Notes under the pieces: generated by a model
Told to the model about the DNA's origin: nothing
The model's database searches: none
The model's input: only the letters and a program-made list of their open reading frames with translations
Translations under genes and position numbers: made by a program
Shown here: piece by piece, positions 1 through 7,487 of the stretch
Layout of the letters: the number at the start of each line of letters is the position of its first letter
How positions within the stretch are numbered: the stretch's first letter is position 1
DNA from: a virus
Length of the DNA stretch: 43,140 bases
Reading direction: 5' to 3' (one strand)
Virus record (IMG/VR): IMGVR_UViG_3300002920_000041
Location: 1 to 43,140 of that record

Positions 1-77
1 AATCTACTGCGAACATCAGTTAATTCCCCTTTCGATGTTTTCGTTTATATCAAACAACTCATACCTCAATCTGCGCA
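1..77. repeat. Terminal direct overlap, identical to 43064-43140. It indicates a circular or circularly closed genome of about 43,063 bp.
   Basis: The 77 nt at the window start (aatctactgcgaacatcagttaattcc...ctgcgca) recur exactly at the window end. Gene 42696..43079 starts inside the repeat, and its ATG overlaps the TGA stop of 16..465 (TGATG) once the ends are joined. Confidence 0.9.
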
Positions 78-465
78 AAGCCTCGCGCGCGTCGAACCAC
101 GCCGAATTATAAGCTGTGCCGATCCACGCCCTTAAAACAGACGTGGTCAGCGTGCCATTCAAGGCGTGAGCGACTACTGCCCATGAGAATACAACGAGTC
201 GTGATGGCGGCTCAATTGCCTGAAGCGTGTCGTCAATCACCTCTTTTAATCCATTGAGTGTAGGCGCAGCCTCAAACGCCGCGCCGTCCTCATCAGAATA
301 GACAACTTTCGTATCAGGGTCATAAATGAATGCCCTGATGGGCAATTCAAGCTGCCCAATACGAAGAATCGAAACATTAGTGAACCTCAGAAAAATCATT
401 CCGCCCGTACCCTCAAAGCAAGGGTATAGCGGCAATGCTGCTTTGATGATATCGTTCTCACGCAT
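16..465 (-). CDS. Hypothetical protein (149 aa), leftward ORFan operon
   Basis: Long ORF. Its start overlaps the end of 458..994 by 8 nt, and its stop overlaps the start of the wrapped gene 42696..43079. No motif recognised. Confidence 0.8.
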   Translation of the reverse strand: MRENDIIKAALPLYPCFEGTGGMIFLRFTNVSILRIGQLELPIRAFIYDPDTKVVYSDEDGAAFEAAPTLNGLKEVIDDTLQAIEPPSRLVVFSWAVVAHALNGTLTTSVLRAWIGTAYNSAWFDAREALRRLRYELFDINENIERGIN

Positions 466-994
466 TATCCACCTCTGAGCGGTAATTAACCCGCAAGTAA
501 AACGCCATCCAGTCCTTGCTTAAATCTAAGAAAAATACGGGTCTGTACCACGCATAGGTCAGTGCAACCCTTTTGAAGCCTGCTGCGATAAACGACCGCG
601 CTCGCGCAATGTCTACCGAGCTTAGCTCAAAATTATCGATTGGAAAATCGTGAATAGGCTTATCAACGCCGTTTGCGCTTAGAATCCCACGCTCAACACG
701 CAGGTAATCGAGACGATCAACCTTACCTATCGTTTCGCTGCTCTGACAGCCCATATACAATGGAAGTGGGGGCGTTGTGAAGTCAGTGAATCGGAACGGG
801 ATCGGGTCGTGATTGACCCATAAGCCGTCATCAGAGAAGGAGATAAAAATGTAATCGAAGGGGAAATCTAACACAACCTCAACAGGCCTGGGCGGGCAGT
901 TGCTACCGCGGTATCGCCCACAAAAATAGGACGACCCAAAATTAGACGTAAAAAACCCATTCGGGAGCAGAACAAACTTACGCTTTGTTGGCAT
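458..994 (-). CDS. Hypothetical protein (178 aa)
   Basis: ATG at 994 is preceded on the minus strand by AAGGAAG. A TTGACA-N17-TATCCT promoter lies just upstream. No motif recognised. Confidence 0.8.
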   Translation of the reverse strand: MPTKRKFVLLPNGFFTSNFGSSYFCGRYRGSNCPPRPVEVVLDFPFDYIFISFSDDGLWVNHDPIPFRFTDFTTPPLPLYMGCQSSETIGKVDRLDYLRVERGILSANGVDKPIHDFPIDNFELSSVDIARARSFIAAGFKRVALTYAWYRPVFFLDLSKDWMAFYLRVNYRSEVDNA

Positions 995-1056
995 ATCGAT
1001 CTTCCTTGCTTATCTTGTTGATGGTCACGCCTAGCTTGGCTTGACACTTGCCATTG

Positions 1057-1085
1057 AGGATAGCAACCCTTTGAAGCCTTGTCAA
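1057..1085 (-). promoter_or_regulatory. Putative sigma-70-type internal promoter of the leftward operon
   Basis: The minus strand reads TTGACA (1085-1080), a 17-nt spacer, then TATCCT (1062-1057). It lies in the 120-bp gap between 1115..1561 and 458..994. Confidence 0.5.
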
Positions 1086-1114
1086 GGGCTTTTCGGAAAT
1101 TCCCTTAGAAGTCT

Positions 1115-1561
1115 TCAAAAGCGCGCCTGCTTGCGTTGCCAATCAAGGTAGCCCGTGAGGTATTCAGACGGCGTTGCGTAGCCTTTGATGAGCCGCTCAA
1201 ACGCCGAGCGCAAATAGGCTTTCTGATATCTTGAAATCGCCGCCTGAACTGAGAATCGGCGGCAATGCAGACGCCCGTCTCTATATAAAGGTTCGAAAGG
1301 CGCGATCAAATCGTCTCGATAGGTTAGATATTCTTGCACGTCTCCTGAGACTATGAAGAAAAACCCTGATGCCGCATCAGGAACTCCTGTCGGGTCAGAA
1401 GGGCGCGAAAAGACGAGATAGGTGGCGTCTTCAAACGCAGGCTGCGCATAACGCGGCGAGCCTACCGAGACGCCTAAAGGCGGGAATTCAAGCCTGAATT
1501 CCGCGCCAAAATCGTCAACATACTCGAATACCAAAAGCTCGCGCATCGCGTTCACTATCAT
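1115..1561 (-). CDS. Hypothetical protein (148 aa)
   Basis: ORF packed 20 nt downstream of 1582..2763. No motif recognised. Confidence 0.75.
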   Translation of the reverse strand: MIVNAMRELLVFEYVDDFGAEFRLEFPPLGVSVGSPRYAQPAFEDATYLVFSRPSDPTGVPDAASGFFFIVSGDVQEYLTYRDDLIAPFEPLYRDGRLHCRRFSVQAAISRYQKAYLRSAFERLIKGYATPSEYLTGYLDWQRKQARF

Positions 1562-1581
1562 CCCGCCAATCCTTTCACGAA

Positions 1582-2763
1582 TTAGAGTGGCAAGTGAAAA
1601 GAGCCGTTGATTTCCAAAACGGGGACAAGGTCTCTTCTGCAGCTCGCGATAGCGAAGAAGGGTTCATGTCTGCGCATCAGCTGGACGCGGCGCAGCGCGT
1701 GGTGCAGAAAGGAGCGTGTGATAATCAAGCGCTCAACGTCAAAGTAATACGAACGTTTACCTTTGAAAGCGCCTAGCGGATGCTCACCGCGTGGGCTATG
1801 CGCGCAAGCAACACAGAAATCCCCGACAAATTTCAGCTCAATCGCGGTTGCGGTGTTGCCGGTCAGAGGCAATCGCTTCATTTGCTCAAGCAGGCGCGTA
1901 GCCTCGCCGTCAGCAAAAACAAAACGCCCCGCCACGTCAAGCGCGGTCATCAAGCCAACATTAGGAGCAGGAATAGCGGCGGCAAGCATCTGCTCAATAT
2001 GAGCCTCTTTAAGCGGCAATAGCGCGTTATCCTGCCACAAGCACAAGCGTTCGCCTAATAAGAAAGCAAACGCCTGCCGATCGCCTGCGGCAAAGCGCAC
2101 TTGCCGAGCCGTATCAAGAGTGTCTAGCACCTCTAGCGGCAAGCGTAAAGTATTAATCAAAGCCGCGAAAGGTTGATCCGTCCATGCTCCGAGCCTACAC
2201 TTAAAAGGGCGGCTCATCGCGCCTCTCATCGGGAAATATATCCACAACCCGCTCTTAGAGCCGAGCAGTCTCACTTGTCGGATGTTTGTGAACTGAACGC
2301 TAGATTTGTAGGCATTCAAGCAAGCCGTAAGCGCAAAACAAGCCTGCTCAGTCGGACTCCCTAAGACGCTCAAAGCGCTCAGTGGCGGCTCATACGGCTC
2401 ACGAGGGACGGTTACATCATAAAGCGTTTCGCCTGTGGCGTCGGTTAAAATCAGCCGCCGCCTAGCACCGTCTTGCATCACACGAACGCCGAACGTACCT
2501 TCGTCGCTCAGACCACTGAGCAGTTCATACAGCTCAGCGCGCTTGAAAACGACAAGCAATTCGTCTGCGCCCTGAAATGCGCCGAGCGCTGCGCTAATGC
2601 GCCAAACGCCATTTGAAGCGCACAAGTGCAGCGTGTCCGCGTTGCGCACAAACTGCGCATGTGAGCATCCGCTTGCCCAATTGCTGCGCGTGCCAATTGA
2701 TAGCACAGCTGCGATCAGCCGCCGCGCGCGTTCACAATCGAATCGGGTTTCTTTAGAGTTCAT
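1582..2763 (-). CDS. Hypothetical protein (393 aa). Length and alternating-strand pattern faintly recall a DnaN-type clamp, but this is unverified.
   Basis: It is the longest ORF of the leftward block, and the plus-strand ORFs overlapping it are short shadows. It shares a short segment, KSG[LV][WY]I[YF]...P.K, with 21849..22691. Confidence 0.8.
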   Translation of the reverse strand: MNSKETRFDCERARRLIAAVLSIGTRSNWASGCSHAQFVRNADTLHLCASNGVWRISAALGAFQGADELLVVFKRAELYELLSGLSDEGTFGVRVMQDGARRRLILTDATGETLYDVTVPREPYEPPLSALSVLGSPTEQACFALTACLNAYKSSVQFTNIRQVRLLGSKSGLWIYFPMRGAMSRPFKCRLGAWTDQPFAALINTLRLPLEVLDTLDTARQVRFAAGDRQAFAFLLGERLCLWQDNALLPLKEAHIEQMLAAAIPAPNVGLMTALDVAGRFVFADGEATRLLEQMKRLPLTGNTATAIELKFVGDFCVACAHSPRGEHPLGAFKGKRSYYFDVERLIITRSFLHHALRRVQLMRRHEPFFAIASCRRDLVPVLEINGSFHLPL

Positions 2764-2830
2764 TTGAAAGCCATCCTGAAGCTATTCAGTAATCAGCCCT
2801 GTAAACAGGCGTTGCGTGGCAAGAGCAAAT

Positions 2831-2856
2831 AGAGGCGAGGCGCTCGCCCCGCCTCT
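2831..2856 (-). terminator. GC-rich hairpin; possible attenuator or terminator inside the leftward operon
   Basis: AGAGGCG (2831-2837) pairs with CGCCTCT (2850-2856), with further inner G:C pairs. On the minus strand it is followed by ATTTGCTCTT. It sits in the 101-bp gap after 2865..3644. Confidence 0.35.
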
Positions 2857-2864
2857 GATTTGCA

Positions 2865-3644
2865 TCAGTCAATCAACGGCTCATACACGATCGGGAAGCC
2901 CGCTGCAATCCGCGCTGTAGTCTCATCGTCAAGACGGACGAAAGCCTTCAGCGCATTTTCGACGAGCCAATCCCAGAAAATACAGCTCGTCAAAACAGGC
3001 AGGCTATCGCCGTAATTAACGAAATCGAACTCGACGTTCCATTCCTCTTCTGCAATCTGCTCTGCATACAGGTTGAGCCGATATTGAGAACCCAGAGCCA
3101 GATGCGCTTGCCGTCTTGTATCACGGTAATTGTACTCAACCGTAAAGCCGTGACTTTCAATCATACGGCTGCCGCCGACAATGGAATCCGTCTTGAAGAG
3201 ATCGCCAAACTTGACAGGCGGAATCGGCAAATCCTCGATGTAAGCCAGCTCTGACGCGGTCAAATCCATAAAGCGAGCCGCCTGAGAGAGGGACGTAGCC
3301 CCGCTAAAACGGACAACACCCGCCTTAGGGATATGGTAGAGGCGGTTGCCTGACGCCAACTTGAAAACGCCGTCGCGGTAAACAAGAAAGCGCAGCTCTT
3401 CGCAGGAGTCAATCAAGTCCATCGCCTCGACAAAAGAATCCTGCGCAGCGTAAAGGTCTTCAGCGATGACGTAAGTGAAATCGAACCACTGCTTGTGACG
3501 CAACGCGCTCTTCAAAGTTGACCGTGTGATTTCAAAGCGGGCTAGACGATCGCCAGTCAGGAATGGCAGAATTTCATCAAGGGCTTCAGCTTCAGTTTTC
3601 GATGGGACTTTGTTCAGTCCCGCTGCCATCACATAGATAACCAT
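2865..3644 (-). CDS. Hypothetical protein (259 aa)
   Basis: ATG at 3644 is preceded by AAGGAG on the minus strand. No motif recognised. Confidence 0.8.
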   Translation of the reverse strand: MVIYVMAAGLNKVPSKTEAEALDEILPFLTGDRLARFEITRSTLKSALRHKQWFDFTYVIAEDLYAAQDSFVEAMDLIDSCEELRFLVYRDGVFKLASGNRLYHIPKAGVVRFSGATSLSQAARFMDLTASELAYIEDLPIPPVKFGDLFKTDSIVGGSRMIESHGFTVEYNYRDTRRQAHLALGSQYRLNLYAEQIAEEEWNVEFDFVNYGDSLPVLTSCIFWDWLVENALKAFVRLDDETTARIAAGFPIVYEPLID

Positions 3645-3662
3645 GACTCACTCCTTAAAGGT

Positions 3663-4595
3663 TCAGAATTCCGATAGCTTAGATTGGAAACGCGCCTGCC
3701 AAAGCTCGGCTATTGCAGGCAATTGAAAGGCTGCGCTCAATTTGGCGTCCTGAGCCATTTGGCGGTACAGCCGCCGAAACTCATCAGGGTCAGATGCGCT
3801 CAGAATCGGCAGAAGCGTGCGATGGGCGTTGCATACGTATTCAATGGCGTCAGGCGTCACGAGCGGCGGTAGATAAGCTAACGGCTCGCGCAACAGGCCA
3901 CCAATGATTTCAGGCGCTTTGCTAAGCCCGAATTCGGCAATCCTGAGCGACACCGAGCCGCGTGAGGCTAAGCTTTGATACACATCTTCAATATAGCTGT
4001 ACACCTCCTTGAAATCAAGGCTCTTAAGACGGTAATCGTAATAGCCGCCGTAATCAGAAACGGCGGTAGCACGGGCGAGCGGATGCTCAAAGTAAATCGC
4101 CACAGCGTAATTGACGACAGCTCGCTTATACCATTCGTAGCGGTAAGATGGAGCGCGCCGCTTGACCGCGTCTCGAATTGCTTGCTCAAGAAGCATGATC
4201 GGGACTTTAGGCTTGCTGAAGTGAAGCAAGGCGCTGATGTAAGCCTGCTCCGTTTTGGTATCGCTTGATTCCGCGATAAGCGCATTCCAAATGTCACGGA
4301 CAAGCGCGCTATAGACAACGTGACCACGAACTGGATTCACCCGCAACAGGACAAACAGCACGCCTGTATAGCCGCCGACATACCATCTGGACCCGTTGTA
4401 GACAACGTCAAAGCGGTTGCGCCGCAAATCGGCGGCGACAGCCCTCAATTGCTCTAGCGCGCCAAACGGCTGAAGGATGTCCTCGACATTGAATAACAGA
4501 TCGCTGTACACCGTGACGGATTTGACAGCGGCCCCGTTATTATCGAGAGCGGTCTTAACAGCAGTGCTGCCGTCAAACATTACGCGGCGATCCAT
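3663..4595 (-). CDS. Hypothetical protein (310 aa)
   Basis: Long ORF in operon register. The nested ORFs 3968..4327(-) and 3975..4268(+) are alternative-frame shadows. Confidence 0.8.
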   Translation of the reverse strand: MDRRVMFDGSTAVKTALDNNGAAVKSVTVYSDLLFNVEDILQPFGALEQLRAVAADLRRNRFDVVYNGSRWYVGGYTGVLFVLLRVNPVRGHVVYSALVRDIWNALIAESSDTKTEQAYISALLHFSKPKVPIMLLEQAIRDAVKRRAPSYRYEWYKRAVVNYAVAIYFEHPLARATAVSDYGGYYDYRLKSLDFKEVYSYIEDVYQSLASRGSVSLRIAEFGLSKAPEIIGGLLREPLAYLPPLVTPDAIEYVCNAHRTLLPILSASDPDEFRRLYRQMAQDAKLSAAFQLPAIAELWQARFQSKLSEF

Positions 4596-4608
4596 GATAG
4601 CAATCCGT

Positions 4609-4968
4609 TCAAACGCGCGATTCGTACCATTGCAGCGCGAGCTTCAGCCCGCCGAGCGGATCGGTCAGGCTTTCGATGTAAGTCTCAATATCGCGCATCT
4701 TGACAGGTCGGGCTTTGTTTATTTGGTAAATCCGCCGTGCAATCAGGAAATTGGCTACAGCGACCGCCAATCGCTTATCCTCTGGGAGCATGGCGACCGC
4801 CTCTTGATAGGTCGTATCAAGCTCGACGCACGCGATATGCTCTAAGAGGACGTAATCAATAGCAGGCAACGCCGAAGCAATTGCTTTCGGATCGCTTTCG
4901 CCCGATCGGACGCTGTTGATCGCCATAATCAGGTAACTGCGAATTTCGCTTTCGAAAGGCGTTAGCAT
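4609..4968 (-). CDS. Hypothetical protein (119 aa)
   Basis: ATG at 4968 is preceded by AAGGAGG on the minus strand. Confidence 0.8.
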   Translation of the reverse strand: MLTPFESEIRSYLIMAINSVRSGESDPKAIASALPAIDYVLLEHIACVELDTTYQEAVAMLPEDKRLAVAVANFLIARRIYQINKARPVKMRDIETYIESLTDPLGGLKLALQWYESRV

Positions 4969-5096
4969 CGAACCCTCCTTTGAACACCCTGATGCTCTAA
5001 CCTAAAGATAGGGCTTCAAAGGCTATGAAGACAGCCAAAATGAGTAGAGCCTGCGCAATTGCAGGCTCTACCGATGAGCGCGCCTGTGTCAACCCG

Positions 5097-5369
5097 TCAG
5101 CCGAGCGCAGACGGCGGGCTGCCCCCCGATTCATCGCCGCCCTCTTCATCAGGCTCAAGCAGGTCTTGCAAGAGCGTTGTCAATTTGTGCATATCGCCAA
5201 AAGCTTGCTGCAGAAGGGTCAAGACGGCGGGCGGCAAGCTCTGAAACGCCATCTCTACGACACGCTTGTTAGCCTGCAGAATTGAGTAAAGCGAGCCGAC
5301 GCCCATCGCGACAAGCGTAACCACAAGCACGCCGATGACGATAACCAGAACATGGGTTACATCTGACAT
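5097..5369 (-). CDS. Small membrane protein with one TM helix and an acidic C-terminal tail; first gene of the leftward operon
   Basis: The ORF is open to 5444, but the ATG at 5369 (MSDVTHVLVIVIGVLVVTLVAMGV...) is preceded by AAGGAGG at about 9 nt. The C-terminus reads EPDEEGGDESGG. Confidence 0.7.
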   Translation of the reverse strand: MSDVTHVLVIVIGVLVVTLVAMGVGSLYSILQANKRVVEMAFQSLPPAVLTLLQQAFGDMHKLTTLLQDLLEPDEEGGDESGGSPPSALG

Positions 5370-5595
5370 AGCCAAAGCCTCCTTTGCCATACACAACTTA
5401 GCTGCCGCCTTCAAAATCGACTCCAGAGCGCCTCGCAATCGCAACCCATAATCGAAATAAGCCTTACACCGATTAGGCGGCTGTAATCGCTGTTTTGAGG
5501 CTTTCCTGTCGATTAGCGCGATTGGCTTTGCAAGCCATGCCAGACATGCCCTATTGGCGGAAGCGAGCGCGCCTCGAAAAGCGGTCTGCAGTCCA

Positions 5596-5659
5596 TTTTC
5601 AATTTCACTACAAAGCCGCCATAAATATATTTAAAGCGATTTTGTAGTGAAATTGAAAA
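5596..5659. promoter_or_regulatory. 64-bp near-perfect palindrome, copy 1 of 2, in the divergent control region between the leftward and rightward operons
   Basis: Arms TTTTCAATTTCACTACAAA (5596-5614) and TTTGTAGTGAAATTGAAAA (5641-5659) are perfect reverse complements. The AT-rich centre (ataaatatattta) is also self-complementary. The 23-mer ATTTTCAATTTCACTACAAAGCC is identical at 21668-21690. Confidence 0.85.
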
Positions 5660-5782
5660 CGCTGATTTCCCCTTTGCCCATCGCTATCTATGGCATGTCA
5701 GCCGCTTTAGCCGCGCTTCAATCTTCTGTTCAGCGTGATAAGTTGTGGATAGGAAAAGCGAGTGTGATTTGAGTGTTCAGCT

Positions 5783-6154
5783 ATGAACAGATTGCTAGGC
5801 ATTTTGCGGGCGCTCTTCGCCCGTGTGACCGTCCGTGATTCCGATGTGAGCGGCATTGCTCTCGTCTCTTTAGGCGTCGCCTTGCTAGGGCAAGGTCAAT
5901 CTCAGATCGCCCAAATCCTGAATGGGTTCGGATGCCTTGCAAGCGCTTACGGCGCATTGATTGTGTTGGCAGGCGTCTATGTCGTCCGGCGTTTCGCGGG
6001 ATGGCGGGTGCTGTACATGGTCAGCCTGATACCTTACACGGTCGCGATATTCATCTATGCGTTGGTCATCAATAATGAGGCGTCGTTCATGGTGATTTAC
6101 AGCATCTTCTATGGCTTGAGCTTGTCGAATCGGGGGCGGGACGGCGATGGATAG
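5783..6154 (+). CDS. Polytopic small membrane protein (123 aa, about 4 TM segments)
   Basis: Hydrophobic stretches include ALVSLGVALLG, CLASAYGALIVLAGVYVV, VLYMVSLIPYTVAIFIYALVI and FMVIYSIFYGLSL. It is the first gene of the rightward operon. Confidence 0.7.
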   Translation: MNRLLGILRALFARVTVRDSDVSGIALVSLGVALLGQGQSQIAQILNGFGCLASAYGALIVLAGVYVVRRFAGWRVLYMVSLIPYTVAIFIYALVINNEASFMVIYSIFYGLSLSNRGRDGDG

Positions 6155-6524
6155 CACGGCGTTGATTTTCGCTGTTTTGGGCGTGTTTCTTGCTATTGCG
6201 CATCTCATCAAGTCAAGCGGCAAGGTCGAGGTCGACCAGCGGGAGCAGTACACCAAAATGTTCAAAGACTTGTATGAGGAGTCCAGAGTTTGGCGGGATC
6301 GGCAAGACGCGCTTCAAAAATTGAACTTCAAGATAACGCTTCTGAGAGAGCGCGCAATTCTAGCGCATGACCTGATAGAAGAGCTTTTGGCTTCCTGCGA
6401 TCAGCTTCAAATCCCTAAGACCATCATCGCTTTTCTGTCTGAGGAGCGATGGCGCTCTATATTGACAGAAGAGTTTGATTACGGCGTGAAGCCGCCCGAT
6501 TCCACGCAAAGCGCTACGCATTGA
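6147..6524 (+). CDS. Membrane-anchored protein (125 aa) with an N-terminal TM helix and a helical C-terminal part
   Basis: Its start overlaps the previous stop. The N-terminus reads MDSTALIFAVLGVFLAIAHLI. Confidence 0.7.
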   Translation: MDSTALIFAVLGVFLAIAHLIKSSGKVEVDQREQYTKMFKDLYEESRVWRDRQDALQKLNFKITLLRERAILAHDLIEELLASCDQLQIPKTIIAFLSEERWRSILTEEFDYGVKPPDSTQSATH

Positions 6525-6558
6525 ATTTCCGATGTCACGGTCAAAGCACAGCGCCTAT

Positions 6559-6587
6559 TTTATGGTTTAGAACGTGAGCAGCATAAT
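6559..6587 (+). promoter_or_regulatory. Weak candidate sigma-70-type promoter
   Basis: TTTATG, a 17-nt spacer, then CATAAT, located 22 nt upstream of the 6610 start. Confidence 0.25.
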
Positions 6588-6609
6588 CCTATAGGGGGAT
6601 AAGCGAACC

Positions 6610-7425
6610 ATGTACATGGAATTGTATCACTCAAGCAAGACCATTCAGGTCGTGGATGCAAACGGCGAAATCATTGATATTCCAGCACCGCAACCACAGG
6701 TCTTAGGGCTACCCATTTTGCGTGTCAAGGAAAACTATTTGGTCATCGACGTGGCTTTCCTCAATGAGGACGGGGTTTTCCGCGAAGAGTTCAAGCTGAC
6801 GCGGAAACACACCTTGAACAGCGGCAAGGTGGTCGAAGAGCCTATCACTGAATTGGTCGCGTTTCCTATCGCGTCTGAAGGGTTTGAACGCCGCGTCCTG
6901 TTCCGAAAGCCGTATGAGGCGGGAAACAAACCTATTTGCCGCTCTGAAGACGGCGGTTACCCATTGCAGGAGTTTGCAGGGACTCTGAACGCCGCGATGG
7001 AATATGTCGATGAAGGAGGTGTCAACGTCACATGCGCTACATGCCCGTTTTCGAGGTGGAAACGCATTGATGGGCGTAACGTTCGCGACTGCGACCAGCA
7101 AATCCAAATCCCTGTCGCTGCCATGATTGATGATAAGATTTTTCCAGTTGCGGTTCGCTTTCGCAGCAGCGCTTACCGTCATGGCAAGCGGATTGTAGAG
7201 CGGATCGCTTATCTGAAAAGCCAGAACGTACCCCCTTACAACGCGGGCGTGGTGTTGACCGTTATGTCTGTCAGCCAGATGCTCGATAAGCCGGGGTTGG
7301 CAGGGTATGTTTTAGCGGTCAAGAGCATCGAGAGCAGCCTGTTTGTGAACCTTAGCGACGGTCAGAAAAGCCGCGTGATTGACCTCTACAACAGCCACAA
7401 CATCGAGACCAACGAAGTCTACTGA
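6610..7425 (+). CDS. Hypothetical Cys-rich protein (271 aa) at the head of the replication module
   Basis: A G-rich SD precedes the ATG. Cysteines are spaced as C(RSEDGG)...CATCPFSRW...C, suggesting a metal site. The function is not recognised. Confidence 0.75.
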   Translation: MYMELYHSSKTIQVVDANGEIIDIPAPQPQVLGLPILRVKENYLVIDVAFLNEDGVFREEFKLTRKHTLNSGKVVEEPITELVAFPIASEGFERRVLFRKPYEAGNKPICRSEDGGYPLQEFAGTLNAAMEYVDEGGVNVTCATCPFSRWKRIDGRNVRDCDQQIQIPVAAMIDDKIFPVAVRFRSSAYRHGKRIVERIAYLKSQNVPPYNAGVVLTVMSVSQMLDKPGLAGYVLAVKSIESSLFVNLSDGQKSRVIDLYNSHNIETNEVY

Positions 7426-7487
7426 TCCCCGATATCAGCAGCGGGGCGGGGTCACCTGCCCCGCATCTCATATCTGAGGAGGACGCT

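Noticed and set aside
1-77. The terminal repeat read as a biological direct terminal repeat or cos region
   Set aside because: A short exact overlap at contig ends is equally what an assembler leaves on a circular or permuted molecule. A gene (42696..43079) starts within it, and there is no independent evidence for physical ends. It is therefore treated only as evidence of circular closure.
4699-4735. TTGACA on the plus strand inside the minus-strand gene 4609..4968, as an antisense promoter
   Set aside because: There is no acceptable -10 hexamer at 16-18 nt spacing (TTGGTA or GGTAAA only), and no downstream plus-strand gene.
5885-7182. Minus-strand ORFs 5885..6265 and 6709..7182
   Set aside because: They lie fully within better-supported plus-strand genes (membrane proteins and the Cys-rich protein). 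They lack ribosome-binding sites and run antisense to the operon.
7441-7464. The GCGGGGC...GCCCCGC hairpin after 6610..7425, as a terminator
   Set aside because: No T-tract follows it, and the GAGGAGG SD of the primase gene lies 12 nt downstream. At most it is an attenuating or stabilising stem within the operon, so it is not listed as a feature.
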